The notes under the pieces are model-generated. The model had not been told where the DNA came from, did no database searches, and was given only the letters and a program-made list of their open reading frames with translations. A stretch of DNA of 64,000 nt from Chiloscyllium plagiosum (taxonomy: Eukaryota): positions 2,392,205-2,456,204 of the forward strand of contig NC_057758.1 in assembly GCF_004010195.1 (NCBI RefSeq), given 5' to 3'. This document shows, piece by piece, positions 37,346 through 51,480 of this stretch. The translations under genes were made by a program, and so were the position numbers. Positions within the stretch are counted from its first letter, which is position 1. Each line of letters opens with the position of its first letter.

Positions 37346-39299
37346 AAAGGAACAATCATTTTGATTTGTCTGTGTGTGAGCGATTCTCTCGATTCGAACC
37401 GACGTCAGTAATTATGTGCTTGCTGGAGTTCTGTCATTGTCAGTTTATAATCAGTGTGGGACTCCATTTTACTGTTAATCTTAGCAGATGCGATCATATA
37501 ATGATAGTACTTTCTTAACTTTCTTCTTCCTGGTGCGCAAGTCTAAGTATACCTGAATTGCACGTGGCCTGCTTTTGTAAAGAATCAACATGAACATGCG
37601 GATATTTAAACAGATCATCGAGATTTCTTAATAATTAAGATTGGAATATAACAAGAAATAAACAGTATATCAAGGTTTTATGAGACTTAATCAATTCCTT
37701 ATCATTTTGCTATTTTCATCAGGTTCAATGCCCATCTGCCCACCTCTGATTCCCACGCTACATCAAAGGCAATTCTTATTAACGAGTGTATGTGTATATG
37801 TATATATGTGTATATGATTAAATATATTGTTGATATATGTAGATATAATTTCTGCATCAACTCATATATTTTCATGATTGAATGGTGACAGCCACACGGA
37901 AACCAGAATGCAGCACTCCAACACATTCTCCACGTTGAAACCGGATGAGAGCTTAAAGGTGTCTATTTGGACACAGTATAGAAATTACAAACAAAAATTC
38001 AGGGTCATAACTGCTCAAAATTCCCCTATTCATATTACTTCCCTGGAATTATGATGATGCAGAATATGGAGGCCGAGTCAGTACATATCACCATTTTCAC
38101 TGCTTTTTTTTTAAACTCACAAGTCTGTCGAATGTTCCAGCAGTGTCATTGACTGCTCTACATAAATTAATAAAACCACGCTCATATAATGAGACTTCTG
38201 GAGAAATCAGTTTTGATTACATCTGCACCATCGCATTAAACTCATGCTTTTTTTTAAACTTAATTCAATTATAAATCAGGTACCAGAACTGCAAGGATTA
38301 GTCCAAGGCAGATGTGCTCAGGTGACAGGAGATAATCTTGAGCACGAGGGAACGATCCGATCGTCTGCGCAGTACTTAACACATAGGACTTTCCTCAAAA
38401 CTGCTTATTCAATTGTGTTCTCAGAGTTTAATACAGCACAAGACACCAGCGTTCGGTTCAGGCCTAGGGTGGCGTGTGTGTGGAGTTACATGTGTCAGCG
38501 TGCTTTTCCACCGAGTGCTCTTGCTTCCTCCAACAATCCAAACATATGCAGGTTAGGTGGCATAGACATGAGAAATTCCTCCGTTGTGTCCAGGGATGTG
38601 CAGACTGTGTGGACTGGCCTTGGGAAATGTGAATACATGGTTACAGGTGGGTGGTAATCCCATTTGAATTTATGAGGATAGAAAGCTCTTGATGGCACTG
38701 TCTATGGACACTCAATGCTGTCTCGATGCGCTGAATGGTCTCTGAAGTGATTCGGTGATTCTGTGGAAATACAAATGTTCTGATCTTCATTTGTTGAAAT
38801 CTTCACACATCCACAGTTTTATCTGTTAAAAAAAAACTAAGATCAGCAGCAATTAGGTCCCTTCTGGTATTGATTTCGGTGTGATTTATACTATCAAAAG
38901 ATCCCAGGATCGACATTCCAACTAAAGCCCGGCATTCACAGTGAGCCTGAGAACGTTCAAACGAATGTGCATGAGATTCAGTCCGGCTACCTTATCTCTC
39001 TTACATCAAATCTAGTGGCAATTGTGATATGATCCCAGGGCACGTGTAGGATCTCCAGTTGAACCTGGTGATCATGGCAATGGCAGATGTACTGACGATT
39101 ATAACTGAGGTCATACTGACGCTAATGGAATCAAGAGTTAATATTTCCCAATACTTCTGTTGAAACTCCCCACTGTGTGTAAGGTTTGCTACCTCTTGCC
39201 TCATGTAGTAATGGACTGATCAGTCTGGTTCATCGTCTTACAAGAGAAAGAGTCATACAAAGTGAGAGACAAAGAACCAGGTAGAGAGCAGACACTGAT

Positions 39300-39640
39300 G
39301 AGAATATAGAAAGTGAGAAGGAAACCATTAAAATGAATATCTATAGAGAGATAGAAGGCAAGTTAGAGAGAGGAAGAATGAGAAATGAAAAGAGAATAGA
39401 AAGTGACAGTACGAAAGCAAGAGAGAAAGATGGAGTGACAGACAGAGAGATTGTGAGAGATAAAAAGAGAGAGAAAAACGGGACGGTGGCAGAACAAAAC
39501 AATGCGGGTCAGACAGACATACACAGGCCGAGGGAGCAAGACGAGGTGAGAGCAAGAGACAGAGTGAAGTCGAAAGACTGCCAAATTGAAGAAGAGATAT
39601 ATTGAGATGGGACAGAAAGACAGCGAGATGAAACGAAGAG
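39300..39640. repeat. GA-rich low-complexity tract
   Basis: Purine-rich degenerate (GA)n and (GACA)n. Confidence 0.7.
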
Positions 39641-40030
39641 TGGGATTAGTCATTAAATATTACAGCACTAGGCGTTCAGCAAAGACAGGGAAAGGAGGAA
39701 AAGTGGAGAATTGGCAGCGTTAGTAAAGAAGTGTATTTCAGTCCTGCAGAGAAAGGATGCTGCACATTGTTTAAGGTGAGAATCAATTTGAGAAGATCTG
39801 CGGGATAAGTCAGGTGCTATTACATTAGTCTATAGGTTTGAGGGAAGGATGCACATGAAACAAATTGTGCAGTAGAATTAGCAAGATTTTTGAAGTTACA
39901 AAATTATTATAACGGGGAACAAAAATTTCCCAAAAGTGGATTGTAGCAGTCAGAGTGTAAGTGGCATTGAGAGACAGGTATTCCGAGATTACACTCAGGA
40001 GAGTTTCCTCCAGCTGTTGGTCAGCGTTTG

Positions 40031-40305
40031 AGGCGGTACGTTGGCTCAGTGGTTAGCAGTGGTATCTCATTGTTCTAGAGATTCGGGTTCGCTTCCAGCC
40101 TCGGGTGTCTGTCAAAATTTAGCTTCCGTATTTGCCTGCATTTCCTCCTACAGTCCAATGATGAATTAGCTATGTTCATAATTTTCGAGGATGTGTAGGT
40201 TAGGTGCATTATTCAGGGCTGAATGTAGAATAGTGGTTTAGGCAAGACACTCTGTGCAGGGTTGGTGTGTCCTTGTTAGGCCAAAAAGCCTGTTTCCACA
40301 TTGTT
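40031..40305 (+). mobile_element. Old V-SINE following a CR1 endonuclease fragment (39640-40020)
   Basis: Head ggcggtacgttggctcagtggttagc and 3' gcctgtttccacattg. Upstream sequence resembles the FRKDRE..GGGVA endonuclease motif. Confidence 0.6.
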
Positions 40306-41054
40306 TACAAAAAAAATGTCCAGTCCATTAAGAAATGATACAGGTCAGTAAGTCACTAAGTCACATTATATTTACTTGTGCACAGTGTACTGGCTGTAGC
40401 CAGCAAGTTGTAGCCAGCATTTTCACATGAACTAATGAATCACTAAATACCCTGTTAATTTGTTTTTGTCTAGTTTTGGAAAATGTCTCCCCATTCAAGG
40501 GAAACCTCTTCCTCCATGGTACATTGGCTTAGCCAGTCACCTCGGTGTTAGTAACCTGAACTGAGGAGATTCTAAGTCCCCCGTTAATATTGGTAAGCCA
40601 GAATTTCCTGACGGGCACAGGTTAACAACCTCAATCAAGGATCTCGCATGCAAGAAGAACCAAGTGTTTCCAATCACGATAGTTGAGGTTTTGGAAATAA
40701 GTTGAGCACAGTGGAACAAACGGGAGAAAATTTTGATCATTATAGGAGGCAGGTTCAGGATGATGGTGGAGGACATTGCTCAATCCAAAGTAAGACTTGC
40801 CAGAGAGACGTCCACAATCGGACAAGAATAAAGGGTGAGTCAGAAAGCCTGCAATGAGACTTTGGTGGAAGAGATTGTATCTAACCAATGGTCTACGTTT
40901 TGTAGGAGATGATGCAGTTAAAATCAAGGCGTATTTTCTTACACTGGAAATGTAGAACAAACAAATGCACAGCATCAGCCTTGAAAAAGAAGATAAGTTA
41001 AAGAAAAAAATAATTGGTATTACCAAGTAAATGCAATTGAAACTGAAGCAGAAG

Positions 41055-41660
41055 ATTTTTTGCCACAGCAGGAGGACCAGTGAGAGCGAGGACCGGGGGT
41101 TGCTGGGAAGATCAATTATTCGTGTAAAGCTTTACCTCGTGGGAGCAGCTGACTCCATTTTTTTGCAGCAGCAGCTGGAGCAGCGGCACGAGGACCAGCG
41201 GGCTGCCAGGGAGCTAAATTAATCATTTAAAAGCTTATCTCGTGGTAGCATTTGCCTCCTATGTTTTGCAGGCCGCAGTGGAAGCAACGAAGGTGAGGAC
41301 TGGGGTCAGCCAGGAAGGCAAACAAAGTCATTTAAAAGCTCATCTCGTTAGAGAAGTAGGGTCCATTTTTTTTGCTGCAGCAGCAACGGCTGACCAGCGA
41401 AAGCAAAGAAAGCGAGCTGCCTGGAAGGTACATTAATACTTTAAAAGAAAACCTCTTGGGAACAGCAGCTTTGATTTTTCACAGCAGTGGGAGCAGTGAG
41501 AACGAGGACTGAAGGTTGCCCGGAAATCAAGTTAATCAGTTAAAAGTTTATCTCCTGGGAGTAGCGACTTCCACTTTCTGGCAGCAGCAGTGGGAGCCGC
41601 GACAGCGAGGACCAGGGGCTTTCCAGAAAGGTCACGTATTCGCATAAAGGTTTACCTCGT
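41055..41660 (+). repeat. Six diverged tandem units of about 104 bp, probably a CR1 5' UTR array
   Basis: Each unit reads (T)n-GCAGCAG..GGAGC..GAGGAC..GCC.GGAAG..TAAAAG.TTA.CTC.TG. The array abuts CR1 RT sequence at about 41660. Confidence 0.7.
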
Positions 41661-43155
41661 GAGAGAAGCAATTCTGGCCAGAGTAAAAATAGATAAGGCT
41701 CCTAAACTGGCTGGGATTTATCGTAAGATTCTCTGGGAAGCGAGGGAGGACATTACAGAGTCTTTGACTTTAGTTTTACGTCGTTATTGTCTACAGGAAT
41801 TATGCCAGAAGACTGGAGCATAGCAAATGCTGTCCCATACTTCAAGAAGGGGAGAAAATCCTGGTAACTTATTTCCCTTGTGGGTAACGCGTTGGAAAGG
41901 ATGATAAGAGATAGGATTTATCATCATCTGGAAAAGAATAAATTGGTTAGGGATAGTCAACTCAGTTTTGTGAAGTGTAGGTTGGGCCTTACACTCCTTA
42001 TTGAGTTTTTTCAGAAGATGACCAAACAGGTGGATAAGGGTAAAGCGGTTGATGTGGTATTTTGGAACTTCAGTAAAGCGTTTGATAAGTTATTTCAGAA
42101 AATACAGTGGCATGGGACAGAGTGTGATTTAGCGGTTTGGATCAGAAATTGGCTTGCTGTAAGGAGACAGAGAGTGGTGGTTGATGAAAAATGTTCATCC
42201 TGTTGTTCAGTTATTATTGCTGAACCGCAAGGATCTGTTTTGGGCCACTGCTGTTTGTAATTTTTATAAATGACCTCAATGAGGGCGTAAAAAATGGCTT
42301 AGTAGATTTGTGGACGATACTAAAGTCGATGGATTTGTTGACAATGCAGAATGATAGGTGACAGAGGGACATGGATAAGCTGCAGAGCTAGGCTGATAGG
42401 TGGCAAGTGGAGTTCAACGTGGAAAAGTGTGAGGTAATTACCTTCTGGAGAATTAACAGGAATACAGAGTACTGCACTAGCCGTAAGATTCTTGGTAGTG
42501 TGGATGAGCGGAGAGATCACGGTGCCCATGCTCATCAACCTCTGAAAATTTCCACCTAGGGTAGTAGGGTTGTTAATAGAGCATACAGGGTGTTATGTTT
42601 TATTGGTACAGGGATTGAGTTTCAGCGCCATGAGGTCACGTTGCAGCTGTCAAAACTCAGGATTTCACACTGTACTCATCTCTACACTATAGGAAGGATG
42701 TGGAAGACATTGCAGAGGATGTGGAGGAGATTTACCACAATGTTGCCTATTATGAAGGGACGGTCTTCTGAAGAAAGACTTAGGCATCTAGCACTGTTTT
42801 CTTGAGAGAGAACAGGCCTAAGAGATGATCAGAGGATTAGATAGGATGGAAAGTGGAAGCCTGATTCCTCAGATGATGATTAACATTACGAGGAGAAATA
42901 GCTTTAAATTGAGAGATGATAATTAAAGGACAAATGTCAGGGGTAGGTTCTTTACTCAGAGAGTAGTAAAGGCGTGGAAAGCACTCCCTGCAACAGTAGT
43001 ACACTCGTTAACTTTAAGAGTATTTAAATGATCATTAAATAAACATACTCGATGAAAATGGAGTACTGTGGGGTTGATGGGCTTTCGATTTGATTCACAG
43101 GTTGGCGCAACATCGAGGGCTGTGGGCCTGTACTGTGCTGTAAAGTTCTCGTTCT
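41660..43155 (+). mobile_element. CR1 LINE (RT to 3' end), degraded
   Basis: KIDKAPKLAGIYRKILWEARE, NFSKAFDK, PQGSVLG and RFVDDTK motifs. Confidence 0.88.
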
Positions 43156-43423
43156 GGAAGGTTCAAGGTGAGGTGCAAAAGCATTGCAGTGGATCAAAGA
43201 CGAGTTAAGACAAAAGACTGACAGATAACAAAAAGGGACATCCCACAGTGTTAGAAATGTATATAAATAATTTAAAATAAAGTGTTAACAAAAGGTGTAA
43301 GAATCATGTGGGACAAAAAGAAAAATGCACCTGGAACTGGACGACAGGCAATTTTTATCAAGGAATTCGATGACGGGACAATATTTGTAAGATTCGCAAA
43401 CGGCATCAGGACAGGCAGGGAAA

Positions 43424-45740
43424 ATGGGAGACTTCAATATGCAGGTGGACTGGGTAAATAATGTTGCCAGTGGATCCAAAGAAAGGGAATTCATGGAATG
43501 CTTACAGGATGGCTTTTTGGAACAGCTTGTCATGGAGCCCACAAGGGAGCAGGCTATTCTGGGCCTCGTGCTATGTAATGAACCAGACTTTATAAAAAAT
43601 CTTAAAGTAAGGGAACACTTAGGAAGCAGCGATCATAATATGGTAGAGTTCAGTCTGCAGTTTGAAAGAGAGAAGGCAAAATCGGGTGCAATGGTGTTAC
43701 AGTTAAATGAAGGTAATTATGAGGGCATGAGCGAGGAACTGACGAAAATAGATTGGAAGCAGAGCCTAGCAGGGAAGACAGTAGAGCAAAAATGGCAGGA
43801 GTTTGTGGGTAAAATTAAGGACACTGTACAGAGGTTCATCCCCAAGAAGAGAAAGATTATCCAGGGAGGGATGAGACAGCCATGGCTGACAAAGGAAGTC
43901 AGGAAATCTATCAAAGAAAGAGAGAGCCTATAAAGTGGCCAAGAGCACTGGGGAATCAGAAGATTGGGAAGGCTAAAAAACAAACAGAGGATAACAAAGA
44001 GAGAAATAAGGAAGGAGAGGATCAAATATGAAGGTAGGCTAGACAGTAATATTAGAAATGATAGTAAAAGTTTCTTTCAAAACGTAAGAAACAAACGACA
44101 GGCAAGAGTAGACATTGGGCCACTTCAAACTGATGCTGGAAGCCTAGTGATGGGAGATAAGGAAATAGCAGGAAAACTTACTAAGTACTTTGCGTCAGTC
44201 TTCACAGTGGAAGACATGAGTAATATCCCAACAATTAAAGGGAGACAGGGGGCTGAGTTGAGTATGGTTGCCATTACAAAAGAGAAAGTGCTAGAAAAGC
44301 TAAAAGGTCTTAAAATTGATAAATCTCCTGGCCCTGATGGGTTACATCCTAGTGTTCTGAGGAAATAGCGAAGGCATTGGTTGGAGATTTTTTCAAAAGT
44401 CACTGGAGTCAGGGAAAGTCTCAGATGATTGGAAGATCACTGTTGTAACCCCCTTGTTCAAGAACGGATCAAGGCAAAAAATGGAAAATTATAGGTCAAT
44501 TAGCCTAACCTCGGTTGTTGGTAAAATTCTAGAATCCATCATTAAGGATGAGGTTTCTAAATTCTTGCAAGAGCAGGGTCGGATTAGAACAAGTCAACAT
44601 GGATTTAGTAAGGGGAGGTCGTGCCTGACAAACCTTTTGGAGTTCTTTGAAGAGGTGTCAAGTAGGTTAGACTGGGGAAACCCAGTGGATGTGGTCTACC
44701 TAGACTTCCAAAAGGCCTTTGATAAGGTGCCACACGGGAGGCTGCTGAGCAAGGTGAGGGCCCATGGTGTTCGAGGTGAGCTACTGGTATGGATTGAGGA
44801 TTGGCTGCCTGACAGANNNNNNNNNNNNNNNNNNNNNNNNNNNNNNNNNNNNNNGATGATATAAAGTTAGGTGGACAGGCAGGTAGTACTGAGGAAGTGG
44901 GGAGGCTGCAGAAGGATCTAGACAGTTTGGAGGAGTGGTCCAGGAAATGGTTGATGGAATTCAATGTGAGCAAATGCGAGGTCTTGCACTTCGGGAAAAA
45001 GAATAGAAGCATGGGTTACTTTCTAAACGGTGGGAAAATTCGTAAAGCCAAAGTACAGAGGGATCTGGGAGTGCTAGTTGAGGATTCTCGAAAGGTAAAC
45101 ATGCAAGTTGAGTCCGTGATTAAGAAAGCGAATGCAATGTTGTCAATTATCTCAAGAGGGTTAGAATATAAAAGCACTGTTGTGCTACTGAGACTTTATA
45201 AAGCTCTGGTTAGGCACTATTTGGAGTACTGTGTCCAGTTTTGGTCCCCACACCTCAGGAAGGACATACTGGCACTGGAGTGTGTCCAGCAGAGATTCAC
45301 ATGGATGATCCCTGGAATGGTAGGTCGAACATATGAGGAACGGCTGAGGATCCTGGATTGTATTCATTGGAGTTTAGAAGATTAAGGGGAGAGCTAATAG
45401 AAACTTGCAAGCTAATACATGGCTTGGAGAGGGTGGACGCTAGGAAATTGTTTCCGTTAGGCGAGGAGACTAGGACCCGTGGACACAGCCTTAGAATTAG
45501 AGCGGGTAAATTCAGAACAGAAATGCGGAGATATTTCTTCAGCCAGAGAGTGGTGGGCCAGTGGAATTCATTGCCAGAGAGTGCAGTGGAGACTGGGACA
45601 CTAAATGTCTTCAAGGCAGAAATTGATAAATTCTTGATGTCACAAGGAATTAAGGGCTACGGGGAGAATGCGGGTAAGTGGAGTTGAAATGCCCATCAGC
45701 CATGATTGAATGGCGGAGTGGACTCGATGGACCGAATGGC
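43424..45740 (+). mobile_element. Relatively young CR1 LINE ORF2 (endonuclease C-half, RT and 3' end) with frameshifts and a 38-N gap
   Basis: MGDFNMQVDW, LGSSDHNMV, IDKSPGPDGLHP, NYRSISLTSVVGK, YLDFQKAFDKVPH and LEYCVQFWSP motifs. N run at 44817-44854. Confidence 0.95.
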
Positions 45741-45759
45741 GTGCGGCTTGACTAGCCCC

Positions 45760-48450
45760 TTACGCAGCCATGCTGACTATCTCTAATCAAACTATGTTTT
45801 GCCAAATAATCAGAAAACCCGTCTCTCAGAATCCTCTCTAATAATTTGCCCACCACTGATGTAAGACTGACTGATCAATAATTCCCAGGGTTATCATTCT
45901 TTCTTTCTTAAACAAGTAAATAACATTTCCGACCGTCAAATCAACTGGTACTTCTCCAGTTAACGGTGACGACACAAATATCAACTTCAAAGATGCACCA
46001 ATCGCTTCACTCGTTTCCCGTAGTAACCTTGCAAGTGTCCCATGTGGGGCAGGGGACTTAGCTATCCTCAATTTGTTTCGAAATTTCCAGCACATCCTCT
46101 TTCTTAACATCAACCTGGTCGAGCGTATAAGCCTGTTTCACGCTGTGCACACAAATGACAAGGTCCCGCTCAGTAATAAATACTGAAGCAAAGTATTCAT
46201 TACGGACATGCCGTTCTTCCTCCAATTCCAGGTGCAAATTCCCGCCACTATCCCTAATCATTCCTACCCTTACTCTGGTAATCCCATTGTTCCTCATATA
46301 TATGCAGAATGTATTGGGGGTTTCCTTAATCCTACTCACTAAGGCTTTTTCATATCCCCTTCTTGCTCTCATGAATACATTATATTATGCTCCCTGGTTG
46401 CCTTGTAACATTCTAGAGCCCTGTCTGATCCTTGCTTCCTTAACTTTAAGGGACTTTTCTTCTTCCTCTGACTGGATGTCCCACAACACTTGTCGTCTAA
46501 GGTTCGATCACACCATCAACCGTTCCTTGCCTCAGTGGCCAATCCTATCCAGCACTATTAGCATGTGCTCCCTGAACCATCTCCAAATTTCTGTCTTAAG
46601 TTTGACTTCGAATAGCTACTCCCAATTTATTGTCCACAGTTGCTACCTATGAGCAGTTCAATCACCTACCGCCCTCCCCATTAAATTTTTCTCGATAATG
46701 TTTGGTCCTATCCTTCTCTATGACTTTAATGCAGGCCAGGGAACTGTGAATAATGTCACTGACATGTTTTCCCACTGAGAGACCTGATACCTGACCTGTT
46801 TCGTTGTCCAGCACCAAATCAAAGGTGGCCTTCTCTCTCGTTGGCCTATCTACATATTGAGTCAGGAATCCTTCCAAGACACATCTGGCATGACGTGTTC
46901 CATCCAAATCATTTTCATTAAGGAGGTTCCAATCAATATTAGGGAAGTTGAGGTCATTCATGACGACAACCCTGTTACTTCGGCACCTTTCCTGAATCCG
47001 TTTCCCAATCTACTCCAAAATGTCTCTGTTCCGATTGGGGTTCCATAGAAAGCTGTCAATAAAGCGACTGCTCCATTCCTGTTTCTGATTTCTACCCATA
47101 CTGACTCAGCAGACAAACTCTCCTTGACGTCCTATCTTTTTGCAGCACTGATACTATACGTGTTTTGCAATGTTACTCCACCATCTCTTTTACCTCCCTC
47201 CATATTGATTTTGAAACATTTCAACTCCGGTACATTCAGCAATAATTCCTCCCCCTGTGATATTTAAAAATCTGTAATTGCCACAATGTCGTATCTCTAA
47301 GTACTAATCCATGCACGATGTAAATCCCCCTTATTCTTGACACTTCTTGCATTAAAATAGACACAATTCTATCCATCACATTGAGTGCAACTTTCAGCTA
47401 ACAACAATCTATCTTTCCTCACAGACTCTCTGCACGCTGTTACTGCCTGTTCAACACCTATCTCATCCTCTGACAATTAGCTCTGATTCCCACACCCTTG
47501 CTAAACTTGTTTATACCCTTCCGAAAAGCTCTGGCAAACGTTCTGCCCAGGGTATTGGAATCCCCTCCAGTTCAGGTGCAACCCGTCCTCCTTGTCCATG
47601 TTCCACTTTCGGCTGAAGTAATCGGAATAATCCACATGTCTGAAGCCCTCTCTCCTACACCAGCTCTGCAGTCAAGTGTTCATATGCACTCACCCTCTGT
47701 TCCCAGCCTCAATAGCCCGTGACACCATAGAACATAGAACATAGAAGAATACAGCGCAGTACAGGCCCTTCGGCCCTCGATGTTGCGCCGATCCAAGCCC
47801 ACCTACCCTAAACTAGCCCACTATCCTCCCGAAACGTCGATTTTGCCTGTCTTCGGATGCTGCCTGAATTGCTGTGCTCTTCCAGCACCACGACCCTATC
47901 TAAACCCCTAATCATTTTGTACACCTCTATCAAGTTACCCCTAAACCTTCTTTTCTCCAATGGAAACAACCGCAAATGCCTCGGCCTTTCCTCATACGAT
48001 CTTCTAGTTGAAATGTTGAGATTATTATAATGCTCGTCCTGCCATGAACCTTCCAAGTTAACTCCTTATATTTAGTTTTCATATCCTATTCTCCTTTTCT
48101 ATCAGTGCCACTGTTACCGATGTGTACCACGACATCTGGCTGCTCACATTCCCCCTTAAGAATCCTGAGGACTCGATCAGAGATTCCCTGACCCTGGCAG
48201 CCGGGAGGAAACATACCATCTGAGAATCTCGCTCGTGATCGTAAAATCTCCTGCTTATTCCTCTAACCATTCATTCCCCTATCACAATCGCTCTCCAATT
48301 CTCCCCTTTTCGCCTCTTGTGCACAGAGCCAGGCGCATTGCCAGAGATCTTGCGCTATGGCATTCCCCTGTTAGGGGTGCCGCACCACCCCCACTCAAGA
48401 GTATCCAAAGCGATGTACTTATTATTGAGAGCAACAGAAGCGTCTGGAAT
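45760..48450 (-). mobile_element. CR1 LINE 5' half (ORF1 esterase-like piece, endonuclease and start of RT), with a nested CR1 3' end and PLE scrap at 47727-48010
   Basis: Minus ORFs give RDSQMVCFLPAARVRE (CR1 ORF1 SGNH-like), MNDLNFPNIDW and NEYFASVFI. An (ATAGAAC)n tail lies at 47727 and a PLE terminus ccgaaacgtcg...gctgtgctcttccagcacca at about 47829-47890. Confidence 0.85.
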
Positions 48451-49419
48451 ACTTTTGGAGATCTTGTCTGCTTATAGAAGTGATAATGCAAATGTATAGA
48501 TGTTAGTTCGTAGGGATGTTTTGTCGATTGAAAAAGCTGACCCTCTTCCACTGCAGTTTTGAACAGTGCAGGGGTGATAGGAATGGGAGGTATGTTGAAG
48601 TGTACGAGATGTTGGACTCCTGGAGAAGGTGGACGTGGCAAGTGGTCTCCTGGAGTGAATCAGTCTGGGAGAAGAGGCGCTTGGATTTACAATGGGAGTT
48701 GGGGAGGGGAGAGTTGCCCTTTCAGGACAAAGAGGAGAGTTTTCTCTTTCTCTCTCCATGGTCTGTGTGTGACTGTATAACTTCACACTCAGAAGGCAGT
48801 GGAGTTTGTTCATTGAAAATTTTTTGAAGAAGAACAGATTCTTGTCAACAGAGGAATGAAAAGTTATTGGAGGCTGAATAGAATGTGAAATGAGAAAATG
48901 AATTGAATCAGTCATGCTCTTATTGAATGTGGAGCTAGCTGGACTGAGTCCAAAGGCTTAGCATTTGCTTCTATTTTGTATCTTCCGCAACTGTAATGAA
49001 ACAAACTCTTCTTAAAATACTTACAATGGGTTTGTTACTGTTTAGACTCACAGACGGTGCGTCCATCACACTCTGAGCGTCTTGAACATCTGCTGGTCAT
49101 ATCTCGCCTCTGCTAAACTTTGTTAATGCAAACTGTACACGATTCAATACCCTGCAATGATTTGCTGCTAACGTACGGTACTAATCCCTTATGTCGATGA
49201 GACATTCCCTCTTTCTCTTCCTCAACCTTCACTCTTAGCACTGAAACATTTATCATTGTGACAAGGTAAACATCGACACTTTACCAATTTCATGGAAGGA
49301 AAAATCAACAATAATTCTCTGTAATAAATTGTTTCTAGACCTGAAAGAGGCAAGGAGAAAATGTTATAAAGGACTAAAAGGCAGCACGTGACTTGACAAT
49401 CCCTAGGAAGAGGAAACAT

Positions 49420-50055
49420 GTCCATACATCAAGAACATCTCTGAACTGACAGCCAGACTACTGCGACCACTAGGACTTACAACAGCACACAAACCAACAG
49501 CCACACTCAGACAGCAACTCACCAGAACGAAGGACCCGATACCCAGCATGAGCAAAACTAATGTCGTGTACAAAATCCCATGCAAGGACTGCACAATATA
49601 TAGGACAAACAGGAAGACAGCTAACGATCCGCATCCATGAACACCAACTAGCCACGAAACGACACGACCAGTTATCCCTAATAGCTACACATGCAGACGA
49701 CAAGCAACATGAATTCGGCTGGGACAACACTACCATTATAGGGCAAGCCAAACAAAGAACAGCCAGGGAATTCCTAGAAGCATGACACTCATCCACAAAC
49801 TCCATCAACAAACACATCGACCTGGACCCAATATACCGGCCACGACAGCGGACAGCTGAAACTGACAACTGGAAGCGGCAAGGACAGGCCACTATAAATG
49901 CCGGAGGAAACACCACAGAAGCGCTTCACAGGAGGCTCCCAAGTACTGATGATGTCACCTAGACAGGGGACGAAAAGTTTGCAACAAAAACTTCCAGCTC
50001 GGCGAACAGAACCACAGCAACGAGCACCCGAGCTACAATTCTTCTCACAAACTTT
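49420..50055 (+). mobile_element. Penelope-like element 3' end with GIY-YIG endonuclease (pseudo) and terminal repeat
   Basis: PYIKNISELTARLLRPLG...NVVYKIPCKDC, then a frameshift, then QYIGQTGRQLTIRIHEH...REFLEA*. A hammerhead-like CTGATGA-T-GTCACCT(AGAC)AGGGGAC-GAAA lies at 49946-49975. Confidence 0.9.
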
Positions 50056-51179
50056 GAACATGTCCAATATTTTCTTGGGACAAATAATATAACAGTGATA
50101 ACCTGCTGCGTCATGACAAACGGGCAACTGAACCCACGTGCAGAAGTAATGGTCTGATGGAAAGAAGTTGTATGCAGGAAAAGTGCTTTCAACACAGTTA
50201 ACCACAAATGTAACAAGAACGAGGGAAGGTAGCCCTGACTGGAAGGCTATTCACAAGCGTAAGGTCTCCAAAAGTGTAATCAATGTTGAGGTGTAAAGAT
50301 TCCATTAAATCATTAATGTTGTCATACCAGAAACATGAAAGAGATAAAATTGTATAAGAAAACTACGTACAGAAAAACTCAGTAACGGCACTTCAAAGAA
50401 CAACATTGCATAAGGTTTGAACCCTGGACACTACCAGAGATGGATACTGCTGGTGAAATCTTAGCTAAGTTGCATCACTAATTATGTCCGAGTGTAGTTG
50501 GGTTATGAAGTTTCACTTACTTGTTTGAGTAAGTAATTTTGGTTGCGATATGCAATAGACATTAAATCGTTGTTTCAGCACTTGGTTATCTGTGAGATTT
50601 CTTAAGAAGTAGGTAGATTAAAGGTAACTTGTGGCAACTTACCCACAACACCATGAGTCGATAACAAGTAAAACCATGCTGTTTTTGTAACGGCCTCTGA
50701 ATACTTAGTAGTAAAATACCAGCTGATACTTTCTTTTTAAAGAGGTCAGCATCATCATCGAACTCATGTTTGCAAATGCCGCTGAGCTGTAACCAACAAG
50801 TGATAGGGTTGCACAGTTCGACAGCAAATGCTCATCAATCCTGATGGTGATACAAATGAATCTAACAAGCAAACTGAGATTAACAGTTTGGGTTGCAGTG
50901 AGATTCACTTACACATGCTGCACTCTACATGTGTTCACAAATATCTGAACCTCGCAAACATTAAAGGCAGAAAGAATTCTGCCTGTTTGAACAAACAAAC
51001 TTTTTTTCCGGACGACAATTTCACTCGGTCTTGGCCAACCAGAGTTAACTTGACACGGCCAGAAGATGCAAACCCCACAGAGACCACGTCTGGAATTGAA
51101 CACAATTCCCTCGTGCTATAAGATAGCAGGGCTAAACACTGAGCCCCCATGCCTGGAAAGAGAATGTGGTCAGCCCTTT

Positions 51180-51480
51180 GTCAAGTTCAGAGGATCGATG
51201 ACTACAGGGCATCAGTTTAAGGTGAGAGGGGAAAGAATAAAAGGAAACCTTAACAGAAACTGTTTTTTTTACAGAGTGTGTTATGCATGTGGACTGAGCT
51301 GCCAGTGGAAGTGGTTGTGGCAGGTACATTAGCGACATTTAAAAGGCATTGATACAAATACATGGATAGGAAAGGATTAGAAAAATGTGGGCCAATTAGT
51401 GGGAAATGGAGTTAACGTGATGGGCATTTTAGTCAGCTTTGTCCAGTTCGGGCCAAAGGGCCTGACTCTATGACTATAAC
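51180..51480 (+). mobile_element. CR1 3' end
   Basis: TTGHQFKVRGERIKG motif and a tail ending ctgactctatgactata. Confidence 0.75.

Noticed and set aside
43424..45740. Possible active LINE ORF2
   Set aside because: It is 5'-truncated with several frameshifts and stops. The 38-N gap also appears shorter than the missing PQGSVLGP-containing RT segment.
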